Positions 1-12,812 of a stretch of 64,000 bases of DNA are shown in pieces. This DNA is from Camelus dromedarius. Its lineage: Eukaryota. Made by a program: the position numbers and the translations under genes. The notes beneath the pieces are model-generated. The model saw only the letters and a program-made list of their open reading frames with translations, searched no databases and had not been told where the DNA came from. The stretch covers positions 87,050,001 through 87,114,000 of the forward strand of contig NC_087437.1 of NCBI RefSeq assembly GCF_036321535.1, in the 5' to 3' direction. Position 1 is the stretch's first letter. Each line of letters starts with the position of its first letter.

Positions 1-580
1 AAAGAGCTTTGACAGTTTATGAAAGTGAAGGAAAAGAAGTACAGCTGAAACAGAGGGTACATGGGCCTCAAAGCAGTCTGGGGGACTTGCAGACCAGTCA
101 GGCCATGCAGTGCCTTCAAGGTCATATGAAGGGTTTATTTTTATATAGTAAGGGTCTTGGGAGGTCACTGAAAGGCCTTATGCCAAGGTACACCATAATC
201 AGGTTTACATTTCAAAGAGATCATTCTTGGTCCTTTGGGGAAAATGCATTGAGCTGAGTCAAGAATGGGGCAGAAAAGACATTACTGAAATAATCCCAAT
301 TAGAGACGATATGACATGGAAAGAAAGATAGTTATGGGCATAGAAAGAAGTGAGTTCATTTGAGGTATGTAGAAAATGTCGCTAGGTCTTGGAAAGAGTG
401 TAGATGCAGAGCATAAGGTGGAAGAAAGCATAAAGACTGGCATCCAAGCTTTTTGTGCGAGTTACTGGGTACTATGAGTAGTTCCCGAGGGGGAGTGAAT
501 GGATATATGGATAATAAAACACAAGAGTTTAATCTGAAGTATGTTACATTGAGTTAGGCAATTGGAAATGCCAAGTAAGC
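1..580 (-). mobile_element. L2 LINE fragment (ancient)
   Basis: Purine-rich antisense L2 pattern, e.g. GGCCATGCAGTGCCTTCAAGGTCATATGAAGGG...TCAGGTTTACATTTCAAAGAGATCATTCT; highly diverged. Confidence 0.7.
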
Positions 581-1120
581 ATTTGCTGTACTAAATTTGT
601 GTGGTATTTACAGTATTTGTACTGCGAAGAAACAGATTCCAGTATATTCATGTCAAGGAAAATGCTGCATGTAATTTTCTCTGTCACATAGGCTTTTGTT
701 TAATGACACCAGGTGAAGCTGGAAACCAACATGCTCAAACAACATACAGCTTTTCTATGTAAAAAGAGTACAATAAAATATTGCTGGAAAAATCTTCCAT
801 GTTACAGAGACATTAGAAAAACACAAAGTGTCTTTGCTGAGTTGGGTGATTCTTCCGCTCAGAACATGGTGGTAATTAAACACAGAATATCAATTTTGAT
901 TTGTTCATGAACCAGATACCTGGCTTCCCAAACAGAAAACCTGTATTCCATGGACTCCAACAACTGCCTGATTTTGCTAGCAGACATTACCTATCACCAA
1001 GCAGGAAAGGAGAAAAATTACAAGCAGATCAACAAAAATATTTCATGACTACTGGGTCAACAATTTAAAATTTAACACCAATGCTGAAAAACCAGTAGGA
1101 GATATTATTTTGATGTTCAT

Positions 1121-1300
1121 GTTGTAATTGTTGAGAGTACATGCTCAGACTTCTCAGGCTCACATCTTGACTCTCCCATTTACTACCTACTAAACTGAAC
1201 AAGCTACAAGGCCTCTTCATTTCTGTTTCTTTGTGTCTATAACATGGGGATAGTAAAAGAGCCCTACTATGATTTCATAAGAATTAAATGAGAATATAAT
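1121..1300 (+). mobile_element. MIR SINE
   Basis: Diverged MIR core (CTGTTTCTTTGTGTCTATAACATGGGGATAGTAA...AGAATTAAATGAGA). Confidence 0.65.
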
Positions 1301-3159
1301 AAGCTTCAAATTCATATTAGAAATTAGTGAGTATTACTATATATTCATATAAGGAATTAAATATTTACACAATGTATACAAACATTTCTAAAATCTATGA
1401 CAAAAACCAATAGGTTTGTCAGTGTATTTGAACAATATTAAACCTCATCTGCCATTTCTAAATTTCCTACTTTTGGAAATGTATTAGGCATTCATTTCTC
1501 CTTGGAACATTATTGTAATATCCTTCCCTGTTAAAGTTATAATTTTTCAGAGTAGTCACAAAAATCTATCACAACACAGCATCCTCTTGTCGAAGTAAAT
1601 TAGTGATAGATATTTGACCAGTCCTTTGCTGTTCCCAATACTTCCAACTACCTCTTTGTGGCTCTGGAGAGTTCCGTGTATGTATTATACCTGTACAAAG
1701 TTTCATTTAACACAGACAAACCAGAGCGATGCTTTGCCCTTGGTGCCTGGTTGATTTGCCAGTCCATCCCACCACACATGACTAATGCCTTCACTCCTCT
1801 TTGAATTCCTTGTATTTACTGGTGGAAAGAGCTGAATGGGTCTCCTAAGGGGTAATTGAAAGGATTACCTCTGACTTTGTAGCTCAGCGCCCCTGTGCTT
1901 CTTTATATAGATTCACTGTTCCCACCCCCAGTACTGGCAATTTTTTATTTTTATTTTTTGGCTGCCATATGCACTTGCAAACACTTACAAACTTGGCTGA
2001 CTTCCCTCCACATCTTGTCCTCACTTCTTGAAGGAGCCTCCTTTTACTGAGTTTCAAAACGTATCTGACTTTGAAACTCTTTAGATTTTTTTGATACTTA
2101 TTTCCTCATAAGTACAGACTGTTGCTAAGGTGATAGGATCCTTTCAACTTTCAGCCGCTTGTCCAAATCTGTATCATGTTGGCACTGACCAATGTCTCCT
2201 CTGTCTGATAGCTTTTCTGACAGTTAATGAGAAGTAAAAGGCTAGAGCTATTAGTCCAAATCCTAGGGAATAAATGTCCAGGTTGCAAAAACCACATTCA
2301 CATATGGCAATAATTGGCAGGCTCTTTTAGGTGATCGCAGAATTATTTCCAAAGAACCAATGGGTATTTGAATAATTCCTTGGTGCCAAACGGGAAACTC
2401 TCCTGAATAAGTGCAGACTGTTTTTTGTGCAGTTACTGTGTCCCCCTCCTCTCACGGACTTTTCCAATGAAGGAGATTCATTTTAATAGCTTATGCCAGA
2501 ATTTATACAATTCTACCAAAATTCTAGACTTACCTTATGGCAAGTGAAACCTCAGAAATAAGATACTTCAGTTCCACACTGCATAAGGTGTTACAGTTTT
2601 AAATTAACAGAAGCCAATGTGTTTACACATTTAAAAAACATAGCACTAGGAGCAGCAGCTCAGCCTTGTAAATTATATTCCTTCAAGAAGCCTAATACCA
2701 TTTATAGATGCTATTTTAACTCTTTCTCATTCTTTTGATTTTTCAAAAGAAGCACAACATGGAATCTATTTCAGTTAAGGCATTTATTAATTGAATATTT
2801 AGGGATTCAATTTTATATATACTTCTAAACCTGCTCCTTCGTCCAAGCTGGTTTACAAGTCTCTATGGTGTTCCTTTCTGTTTCTCTCTAACCCCTTTCT
2901 GTTTACTCACACTTTAATGAAATAAATTGAACACTCCTCAGAATCACAAGCAATTAACAACGGAGTAGAATATTGTGGATCTTCTAATGGAATAACAGAA
3001 ATTTAAAGGAAGTGCTTATTTAATGAAGTGGTTTCAGAATATCTCTTAAGAATATAAAATATTTTAACTTATTTTATATTAATATTTAAATATTTTAACT
3101 TGCTATTATTTTAGTTTGAACTATTAGCACAGCTTCCTTATTCAATTCGATCCTTTCAT

Positions 3160-3348
3160 GTTGGAGAAAGAACAGCGGCAGTTTGGGAGGTGACAGACCT
3201 GTGTTCCAGTCCTGACTGGCCCTGTGTAGCAGGGTGCTGCATTATGCTGAGGGAACTTGACCCAGATCCCACAGCCAGTGGTTGGTGGAAATGGGCTCGA
3301 TAGCAGGTCTTCCTGAAACTCAAGTATTGTTTCCACTACTATGCTCAC
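3160..3348. mobile_element. Two MIR fragments in opposite orientation
   Basis: GACAGACCTGTGTTCCAGTCCTGACT resembles the MIR head (+); AACTTGACCCAGATCCCACAGCCAGT...AGCAGGTCTTCCTGA resembles it on the minus strand. Confidence 0.5.
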
Positions 3349-4511
3349 AGCATAGAACTTCTAGAGTAATAACAAATTTATCCTGTGTCAACCTGCATAT
3401 GCATGTGCTTTTGATAACATTTTACTCCATACACGTGTTCCCATACTGAAGTCTGGGCACAGTCTAATATGCTAACCCAGTGGTGTGAACTTCCTCGTGG
3501 AGAAAAAGAAACAAAGCAAGCACCCCTTCCTAAATTTATATTATCCATCATTTCTTCCTCTATCACTTATTGGTAAAAAATCACTTTCCAGTAGCTAGGA
3601 TGATATTGATTCTGTTTTAGGAATTCCTTTTCAATCTTATTCACTGAGATAGGTTGTTACTTAACCATCACATGAATGAAGTAATTTTTGAATATTTGAA
3701 TATTCCATTAATGGTTTTTCATAAGTTCTAAAAGACTTCCAAAGACTTTTTGTGGGGTTGTATCTCTATATTCATTGCTGGTAACCTAATAACTAATTTT
3801 TGCTAATCAAGATCCTAAATAAGTATATAATTAAGTTTAAACAGGGATTAAAAATTCTTGCCATGTAGCTCTATGGTTTAAAAAAAAAAAGTTCACAGGA
3901 TTTAAAATCCCATATCTGAGAATAAATAGACTTCCTTGCCCATTTAGCTTTGGTCTCCCAGGATTAGAAGATGACACAAGATGGTTCAACGATTGCACTG
4001 GAGAAAATGTTTCCCCTGAAGCAAAGATAATGTCCCAGTCGTCACCCTTAGTTTCGTATCTCAAGTTACTCTTCCATTTGCTGAATTTCCATTCCTCTGT
4101 GTCAGCTACAACTTGAAAATTAAACACCTTTGGGACACAGGGGAAAAGCATGAGATGAACACTATTCTGACCACAGCTGGAGGCCACTGTAACGCTGCTG
4201 CACCAGACGAAGTGAAAGGCGTGGGCGTCGCGGGAGGACAATGGCGGGGTGTTGGCGCTTGCATCAAGTTTCCCCCTTTATTTTCTATTTGAATTCTCTG
4301 TACATGCATTTATGCCTACCATTCTCCTAAATATTACTAAAACGAGTTGTATAATAATACAAATAAAACGAGTCACCCTTCTTAAAATTAGGCAATTTTT
4401 TCAATACAAGAAATTTCTAGGGCTCAGAATTCTGAACATCTTGAACACAACTATTGTTGAAGTCCATACACTTATTTACAATAACAGAATAAACTGGCAT
4501 TTTTGATGTTT

Positions 4512-4584
4512 TGTATGTATATATGTATGTATGTATGTATGCATGTATGTATGTATGCATGTATGTATGTATGTATATGTATAT
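4512..4584. repeat. (TATG)n imperfect tetranucleotide microsatellite
   Basis: Directly visible, with TGCA interruptions. Confidence 0.95.
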
Positions 4585-4915
4585 CATTATTTGATACACC
4601 ATCAGCCTCAACTGAAAAGCTGTGCATCTTTCTTTATAGGGAAACCACAGGGTAGCTTAGCATTAAAAGAGAGAGAAGCTATTTCAACATTTTATGGCAA
4701 TGGTTTATGCAATCTGAGGCCCCCATTTTCACACAAAGAGTAAGTCTGTCTCCCGACAGAACAAGGAGGGGCACTCCTCTCCTCTGGATGCGGTTTTGAT
4801 GGGCAGTACCATTGTGCTTAGTCTCTGAGGGTTTCAGTTTTCTCCCCATCCTGATTAGTGTACTATATTGTTCTCCTGTGTGTAATTTTAACACTTGCTT
4901 ATGCTTAAATCTTTT

Positions 4916-5094
4916 AATTTTAAAACATTTAATTGACATACAGTTGATTTACAATGTTATATATATATATACTCTTTTTCACTTTGAATATAGTTCCCTG
5001 TGCGATACAGTAGGGCCTTGTTTTTTTAATCTGTTTTATATAGAGTAGTTACTATCTGCAAATCCCAAATTCCTAATTTATCCCTCCCCACCCC
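4916..5094 (-). mobile_element. L1 3' UTR fragment (artiodactyl-type), 5'-truncated
   Basis: ATTGACATACAGTTGATTTACAATGTT...GAATATAGTTCCCTGTGCGATACAGTAGG...CAAATTCCTAATTTATCCCTCCCCACCCC matches the recalled cetartiodactyl L1 3' end. Confidence 0.85.
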
Positions 5095-5159
5095 AATATA
5101 TTATATACTCATTATCTCTCTTTGGGGGTCTCGGCACTATTGTGCTGAAAATTCAATGA

Positions 5160-5240
5160 GAAGAGGATTTATGTCCTATATATCTTTGTGTACTAGGTAT
5201 CCTAACACTGCCTGATACAAAATTGGTGGTTAATGTTTAT
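5160..5240 (+). mobile_element. L2 3' end fragment
   Basis: TATCTTTGTGTACTAGGTATCCTAACACTGCCTGATACA...TAATGTTTATCGAA resembles the L2 terminus. Confidence 0.5.
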
Positions 5241-7030
5241 CGAACTAAATCAACGCTAATACACACATACAGACGTGTATACACACTAGTGGCGTGCATG
5301 TGTGTGCATTTATCATAGCGAGCACCTATGCCATGCCACATTAGCTCCCCTCCCAATCTCTCCCCCCACTCCACGCAATCTCTTTCCTCAAAAGTTCTCA
5401 TATTCTGTAGCAAAAAGGAATAGAGAAAAAAGATACATGACATTTATGAACAGAAATTTAGAAAACTACATTTTAGAACTTAGAGAAAGAGTAAATGGTA
5501 CTGGAGGCACAGGATCTGTGGATACTGGGGGTCGATGATTTCAACAAAAGAATGGGCAAGAGTAAAATATTCTGAAAAAAATATGAAAATTAAGAGAACC
5601 GAGGAAGTGTGGTTTGACCAATTAGACTTTCAGGCTAAGGAACATCAGCATTTATCATTCTTTGGGGAAGATGTATGTACGTGTATGTATGCGTGTGAAT
5701 GTGTGTATGCGATTCTGATTCCACAATACTGTTTAAATGTAATAAACACAGTGTAAATATTTGTGTACAGTGTTAAACTTTTTCAAATATATATACAACA
5801 AGAAAACTCATTACTTAATAGCAATTCTTGTGCTTTATAGCCCTATCATTCTTTAGCCATGTCACTTTTGTGCCTTTACACATTGTGAGTAGATTCAGCT
5901 TGGTATTTCCATAACCAAAAGTTCTACAATTAGGTTTTTGATGAATGCAAGCTCTTATCTGGAAATAGAATGCAGTTAACCACTGGTACGATCGACATAA
6001 CCTTTCTGTATCAAATTAGCCTGACATCTGATCATTTATGTGCAAAATCAGATACTTTGATCACTGTGTGCAAAGGAGTGGGGGCCTGGGTATATAGAGG
6101 GAGTTTTAGAAGAAGTCAACTTAACTGAAAATAGTCAAATGGTAAAGAAGCCAGATAACCAAGTTATACAAACTATCACCAGACCCCACTAACCCCTCAA
6201 CAAAAACATCCAATCAAAGGATGGAGAGACTGCTTAGAAAAGGAGCTTCTTTAATAGCTGTTAATAATGTACAAAGTTATACCTTAACATCTCATTCCAG
6301 GAAGAGAACAGTGAGTTTTCATTTTGCTACAGAAAGCATGATTTCCATTCACCAACAGTGTGGCTCTCAAAAATATCTCAAGTTATTATGGTGTTTTATA
6401 ACCAGGCCTGATTATAAAATATGATGTTACAAAAATCAATAATAAAATATTCATATGATCCAAGATTTTCCCAAATTGAATCTGACTGGGTCACGGCAGT
6501 ATGCTGATGTCTGGAATGCAAGTAATATACTATATTATTGATGCCTGTCAAATAACGGAAATTGTTACAAATTAATTCATCCCTAACCTAATTAACCCCG
6601 TGTGCAATATTATACGCCTTCCAGACGAGTACTGTTTTGCTCTGACCATAAAGCTAGAAAGGACAATATTTCAACCTATAAAATCGCCTTTTAAGCCACT
6701 TAGAAACCTCAAAGAATATCACTTATGTAGAAGTGATGCAAAAGAATGCATTACCTCATCTGTTTGAATGATTTTTGGTCGGATACAAAATGTTCTTTCT
6801 TTAACTTTTTTAATTGTAAAAATAATCTTAGAAAAATGTCTAGTCTGCCTTTTACATATTGAACTGATAGAACCATTCATATTAATAGTTTACATTATTA
6901 AAAATATAAGTTGTGGACATTTTGGAAGGGAAATGGGGAAGCCATAACATTTTCTTGATGCTATAATGCAAAACTAATTGTTTTCTATCCAGGAAATCTC
7001 ATAGCTCTGGCTTTACAGGTGTAGAGGTAG

Positions 7031-7050
7031 GTGTGTGTGTGTGTGTGTGT
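7031..7050. repeat. (GT)10 microsatellite
   Basis: Directly visible. Confidence 0.95.
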
Positions 7051-7579
7051 ATGCATTTTTGACTATATATGTAGCAATTAGGAGCAGTCTTTTTGAAATC
7101 AGTGGATGGGTTGTTAATTTTTTATGGTATTTTGTTATTCTCTTTAACTCCCCCTTTACACATTTCTCTCCCCATCCCCATTTGTCAGTAATGCCCTGAT
7201 CATCCAATTTGCAATACAGGACCTGATTTGAACACACCCAGATCTGAGATTTTCCTATGCTCCAACTCTGTCTTGGATCTATAACACATTAATATTTATC
7301 AGTTGTTTCTTTCCCTTCCTGCTAGTGGAAAGCACTCGTATTCTATTCCTCCTAGTTTAGTTAACTGACTATCAAACAGTAAAAAAAAAATAAAAAATAA
7401 AAAATAAAAAAGGCAGTTCCAAAAAGAAAATCTAACTGTGGAGAGGTTTTAAACTATTTCAAACTGACTTTCCGTGACCACTATTTTACATCACACTGCA
7501 ATGCTTTCCTATCCTAATTTTAGAATAATTTGATATTTGGACAAATAGATAGAAAAAGGGAGGGTGGTCTTGAGTGGCA

Positions 7580-7790
7580 GTAGAGGGTTTGAGTGTGGTG
7601 AAGTTGCCTCTCAGGGAGGAACAGGGCTTGGCCTCTTTCTAAGTGATATCAAGAAACTATTCAAATGCTTTGAACTCAATTACCACATGTGCAAAACGTC
7701 TGCCTCACAGAGTGGTTGTGAACACTGAAACGACCATAAAGTGTTAACACAGAGCAGGTACTTACTAAAAAAGAGCTTTTACTATTATGT
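7580..7790 (+). mobile_element. MIR SINE (diverged)
   Basis: CTCAATTACCACATGTGCAAAACG...CCTCACAGAGTGGTTGTGA...AAAGTGTTAACACAGAG resembles MIR core and tail. Confidence 0.55.
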
Positions 7791-8050
7791 AAGGTATTTT
7801 TCACAACCGGTAGGTGTGTGCAATATGAGCATTTTCAGTTCTTCGCATTTCCATGTTGGCATTGTTTTAACATGAGGTAACTATCAAGTGTGTTCAAAAT
7901 CGAAGAATTTCATTTTCCATAAAAGAGGATTAAGCATTATCAAGGAGAACGCTGCAGCACATTTTAGGAGAGAATACTGCCTTCTGCTTTCAAAATCTAG
8001 ACGAGGGCCAGACAAAGGGCTTTGTGGTTAATCTCCATTTTAGGCGTCTC

Positions 8051-8090
8051 TGTATCTGTATCTGCATCTGTATTTGTATCTGTATCTATA
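8051..8090. repeat. (TGTATC)n hexanucleotide repeat, about 6.5 units
   Basis: Directly visible; explains the ICICIC in ORF 8024..8218. Confidence 0.9.
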
Positions 8091-10399
8091 GCGAGGCACT
8101 GGTATTGTGTCAGATGTTGTCAAAATGCATTAGTGAAATATCACATCTGATAAGCGCTAATGTAAAACGATACCCCACTGATTGGAATGTCTCTGATGCT
8201 GTGGCCTGTTGTTCTTGACACCACAGAAGAGGATCAAAGCATCGTTCATGGTGATAAAGCTGGCAATATGGACAGGAAATAACGCCAGAGAGACTGATTA
8301 AGTGTTAACATTCCCACCTGGTGCCATGAAACTAGCGCACCACATCCGTAACTCAGGATGACTTTCTCCTCCCGTGTTTACTCTGGTGCCAGCGATCGTA
8401 TTTGAAACAGTTAATACTGATGAATGCTTTCTTCCTCGTATCTCTCTGGGCAAGAACTAGGTCCTAAGCGGACTTCTCTTTCAGTGTGATTCCTTTCAGA
8501 GAATAGCTCTTAAGTGTCTATTAGGTATCAAGAAAGGCACTTCAAGGGGACACTAAAATATGACTGATCCATTCTCCTTGCCTCATTTCTCAATTGACAG
8601 ACACTGTGGCACTCACGCTGTGCCTTGACTGATAAACACCAAGATGGGTATATTTTTCTCATGCCAATGTTTTAGAAATAATTCAGGGACCTCTATCCCA
8701 GGTTTGTACTCTCAAGGAATAATGCCAACTAGAACAAGAAGTTCTGAAATGAGAATAAATCTTTATCTGAAACCATGCTTCATCCATCACAATTAGACTT
8801 GCTGGCACCTACGATCTTAGCATCACTGACTTCTCTCCATGAAGCTATTTGTGAGGCAAATCCAGGACAAGGCCTGAAGAAAAGGAACTCTGCCTGAACT
8901 GCGAAAGCTTATGTGGTTAAGATGACAACACTGCATTTTTTTAAAGAAAATTCTCTTCACAGGTTTCAAGCATCCTCAATCAAAGACAGAGCAATATTCA
9001 TTCAACCTTAGGGAAGATTCTCCTAAAACAAGATTAAATGTCACTGCTAAAACAGATCAATGGTAACACATTTATGTGAGTCACTATCATGCACAGGACA
9101 GAAAAGCTTATATTAATTCCTGAAGGTGTACTGAAATGTTCCTGTCCACCGAGTTCTGAACTGTAGTTCTTATTCCAAATGTCTCTTTATGTAATATGGC
9201 TGGCACAATTGAAGCGTGAGCCCCAATGCTGTCCTTTTCAAGTCCACCTCTGTGGGTACAATCTTTTGCTATAAGACATTACATTTTAACAAACATAAAA
9301 TAAAATAAGAACAATTTTTTACACACACAGATATACAAAAATTTTTTTCCAGATTTATACATCAGAGAGTAATTTGCTGGGTGTACCCAAATGATGTAAT
9401 GATGGAACAGGTATTCATTCCTATTCCTAATTTGTAGAGTTTAGTCAGGCTTTATGGTCCATTTGAAGGCACTGTGTTTATATTTTGTAGGCTGCCATCA
9501 AGGTATCAGATAGCTGAATGCATCTTATGTTAGCGATGAGATCACCACTGAGCAGCATGCTGAGAACAGCAGGACTATCACCAGGCTCTGGAAATGAGGC
9601 ACAGGCATGAAAATGTGTCTCTTCATCTGTATCCTTTCATAGTTTATTTCCAGGAGCTTTCACTTTACAATCAGTGTGCTTTGGATCTTTGATAAACACA
9701 TTATAAATTGCTTTGTATTACATCAGCATTGATCCTCACTATAGTCAAGATCTCCCATTGTTTGAACAAAATATCTTATTCATCCCCATGTGACTCTCAT
9801 GGCCCATAGTTAACATTAAAAAAAATTAGTCACATACTTGGAGTGTCACCATACAACAAAACCAAACCAAAAAAATATTGATTAGAAACTACTTTGAAAA
9901 TCAGAAAAGTAGCTTTTTATATAGGCTTAAAAAGTTGATTTGACCATGTGCTGATACTTTGACGGTGAAGGAGGTGACTAAATTTGACAAAATTTGAAAC
10001 TTGACTATATAATTTGTGGCAGAGCACATGGCCTCTCAGAACATATTTAACTGATATGTAACATTCTGTAACAGCAGATCCCTTAAATATAACCAAATGA
10101 GGAAAGGCACATTGAAATGCTTAGTAAAATGAAAAGCAGTATAAAATGATCATTAGAGTGTGTTTGTCCCTGTGTGTGTGCACACACAATTTCAAATTAA
10201 TATTGCAATTAGCTCAATTCTAATTTGATACCATGATAACATCAAATTTGAAATCTCTACAAGAATAGTTTATCTTACAAAATATACATACCTCCCAAGG
10301 TAAGAGAATATGTCATTTTATTTTACTGATGACAGCTTTGAACAACAATATGTGGTATTTAGAAGCTGGAATGGCAAATAGAATAGAGTGAAAGTCTCA

Positions 10400-11345
10400 T
10401 AACTGCTCTTTTCCTATTCTGTTACTATTCACTATTATATCTTTTCTCAAATTGTTTAAAAGTCACATGAGCGGTTAAAGTAAACACAAGACTCTATATT
10501 TGATTTTAAGACATATGTGTTATCATATATATGACAACAGCAGCATACGGGATGAAGGGGGGGAGGATTATAAATATCACACTTTTTTCTATTTTACCAG
10601 AAGTAATTCAGGAACAATTTGAAGCTGATTTGATAAGTTAGAGATGTACCCTGAAATCACTACAAAAACCAAAAAGTAGCACAAAGAAGTATTGTTAAAA
10701 GTCAATAAAGGAGTCAAAATGTCAATAGAGGAATCAAAATGATATACTAACCATTGTGTTAAACTAATGGTGCAACAAAATCAGAAAAGATTCAATGAGA
10801 AACAGAAAGACAAAAAAAAAGTATTCAGACAAGTAGAAAACAATCAACAAACAGCACACCTAAATCCAAACATCTTAACTTTTACACTAAATGTGAATGA
10901 ACCAAACACCCCAAATGCATGGCAGAGTCTGTCAGATTGGTTCACAAAAGCAAGATTCAATTATATGCTGTCTATAAGAAATCCACCTTAAGTTCAAAAC
11001 TAAAAAATCAGTTGGCAGTGAAAAGATGGAAGAGGATATACAACATAAATAGTAGCATAAGAGAACTGGCGTAGCTATGTTAACGTCAGACAAAACAGAC
11101 TGTAAGGGCATGAATGTCATTAGACAAAAAGAGGGGCGTAATAAAAACACAAACACAGTGGGAAGAAATATACCTATAAATGCATCTGAACCTAAAGATA
11201 GAGCAGAAAAAGACGAGAAAAAAATTGACAAAATTTCGTGGAGCAAGGCAAGATTAGAAAGGAATATTTAAAACTGCCTTTATTCACATACTGCTTAGGT
11301 AACAAATCCTAAAGAAAGTACAATAAAAGAAAAAAGCCCACTAAT
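10400..11345 (+). mobile_element. Ancient L1 (L1M-type) fragment: inter-ORF region, ORF2 endonuclease start and a short RT piece
   Basis: ORF 10767..10991 contains ILTFTLNVNEPNTP (L1 EN N-terminus, ITLNVNGLN-like); GGCGTAGCTATGTTAACGTCAGACAAAACAGAC encodes GVAMLTSDKTD; frameshifted. Confidence 0.85.
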
Positions 11346-12589
11346 TGCATAACTGTGAATGAACTCTCACATCTTAGGCTATCAATGAAAAGCACCCTCC
11401 CCAAATTCAAAGAAATTTCCTTACGGTTTGTGACATTTATGAATAAAAAATAAAACATAATAAGCATTATTATAATCTTGACATGTTTTAATCCTTCAGC
11501 AAGGAGTAACATCGCATGCTGAGTTTATTATTACCAGAGGTCACAAATGTATGTGACCAAAAGACCTGAAAGAAGTAAAAGCAGAAAACATTTGTGAAGG
11601 AACTTGCTGACCAGAGAAGACTGAGGTGCCAAGACTTTGAGAAGCTATGTGGACTCAATACCACCCCCTCTATGACTTTAATGGCTGTTTAATTGACTTT
11701 AGGGTTTTCTTTTCATTTTCGGTGTCCCTCTTTTCCTCTCTCTTCCAACAAAATCGTGCCTAAGTTGCATGATCCCCAAAGCCACTCTTGAATATTCTTG
11801 GCAATTTCAAATCAGAAAACAAATCCCAGAATGTTTCTCAGACATTACATGGAGAATAGTCCACGTTTCATTGCCAGCTATGCAGTGTTGAAAACCCAAG
11901 TGCCTGTGCCAAAGAAGGCTACTCTGAGGTCAAAGAGCCCCTTGGAAGTATTAATGATATAGGCACTTAATAAACAATTCCAGAGCTGGCATTTACTGAA
12001 GAAAGATAATCCATATTCTCTAAACCAGAATAATAAACATGAATTTTAAGAGACAGTTGATGGCTTGGATCATGACTCTCTTAAATCCACGGGGTCCTTT
12101 GACTAGCACTGAAGAGAATGTTAAACTTGAGCACATCTGAAAATTCTGAAAATGTCTTGACTCAGTTATGATTATCATTTGTTTCTTTCCAGTCAGAGTG
12201 AATGGTGTACATGGAAACAAAATGCTGAATTTTTAAATCCCTCTCTATTACTCAAATCACAACCTCACCTTCTGTCCCATTTTAGACACCAACGTTTGCA
12301 TGGTTTCACTTAGATTGTTGGTTGAAACAGTAAACGTCAAAAACAAGAACAAAGAAATTGTACTATTCACCAAAAAGTCTATTTCTCCAAAATGTCAGCA
12401 CTCCTTTGTCAATGTTAGTAGCTTGGAGAACAAAGGAAAATGTGTTAAAGCTAAATTCTTTCATTTTATATATATATTTTTCCTTTTTGTAATTCAGAAT
12501 CTGAAATATAGTTTCTTTCCTTTTTAAACATAGGGAGGATCATTATGCATTACATATTTTTTATTCGGAAAAAAAATAAACTGTTAAAT

Positions 12590-12812
12590 AATGGTAGTGA
12601 CCATTCATAGAGTTCCTACTATTTGCCAGGGATCTCCCTAACATTTTATTTAATATTCACTACAATGCTTTATATCAGCACCATCATGAGCTCCATTACA
12701 TAGAGGAGGAACTCGAATGCTGGAGAAGTGAAGTGACGAGCTAGGAGACGGTGGAGTCTGGGTAAGAACTCAGGCATTCTGGCTCCAGAGACTGGGCTCC
12801 AAATCACTGATG
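12590..12812 (-). mobile_element. MIR SINE, near full length
   Basis: CCATTACATAGAGGAGGAACTCGAATGCTGGAGAAGTGAAGTGAC...GAACTCAGGCATTCTGGCTCCAGAG. Confidence 0.8.

Noticed and set aside
1880..1902. CTCF-like motif CAGCGCCCCTGTGC (and GAGGGGCGCTA near 31667)
   Set aside because: Only the GGCGCT half matches and the core spacing is wrong.
3837..4241. Longest ORF (134 aa, minus) as a protein-coding gene
   Set aside because: Non-ATG start, no recognisable domain and no convincing donor site; the length is compatible with chance.
4512..8090. CRISPR-like or regularly spaced repeat arrays
   Set aside because: Only simple microsatellites are present; there is no repeat-spacer architecture, and the DNA is mammalian.
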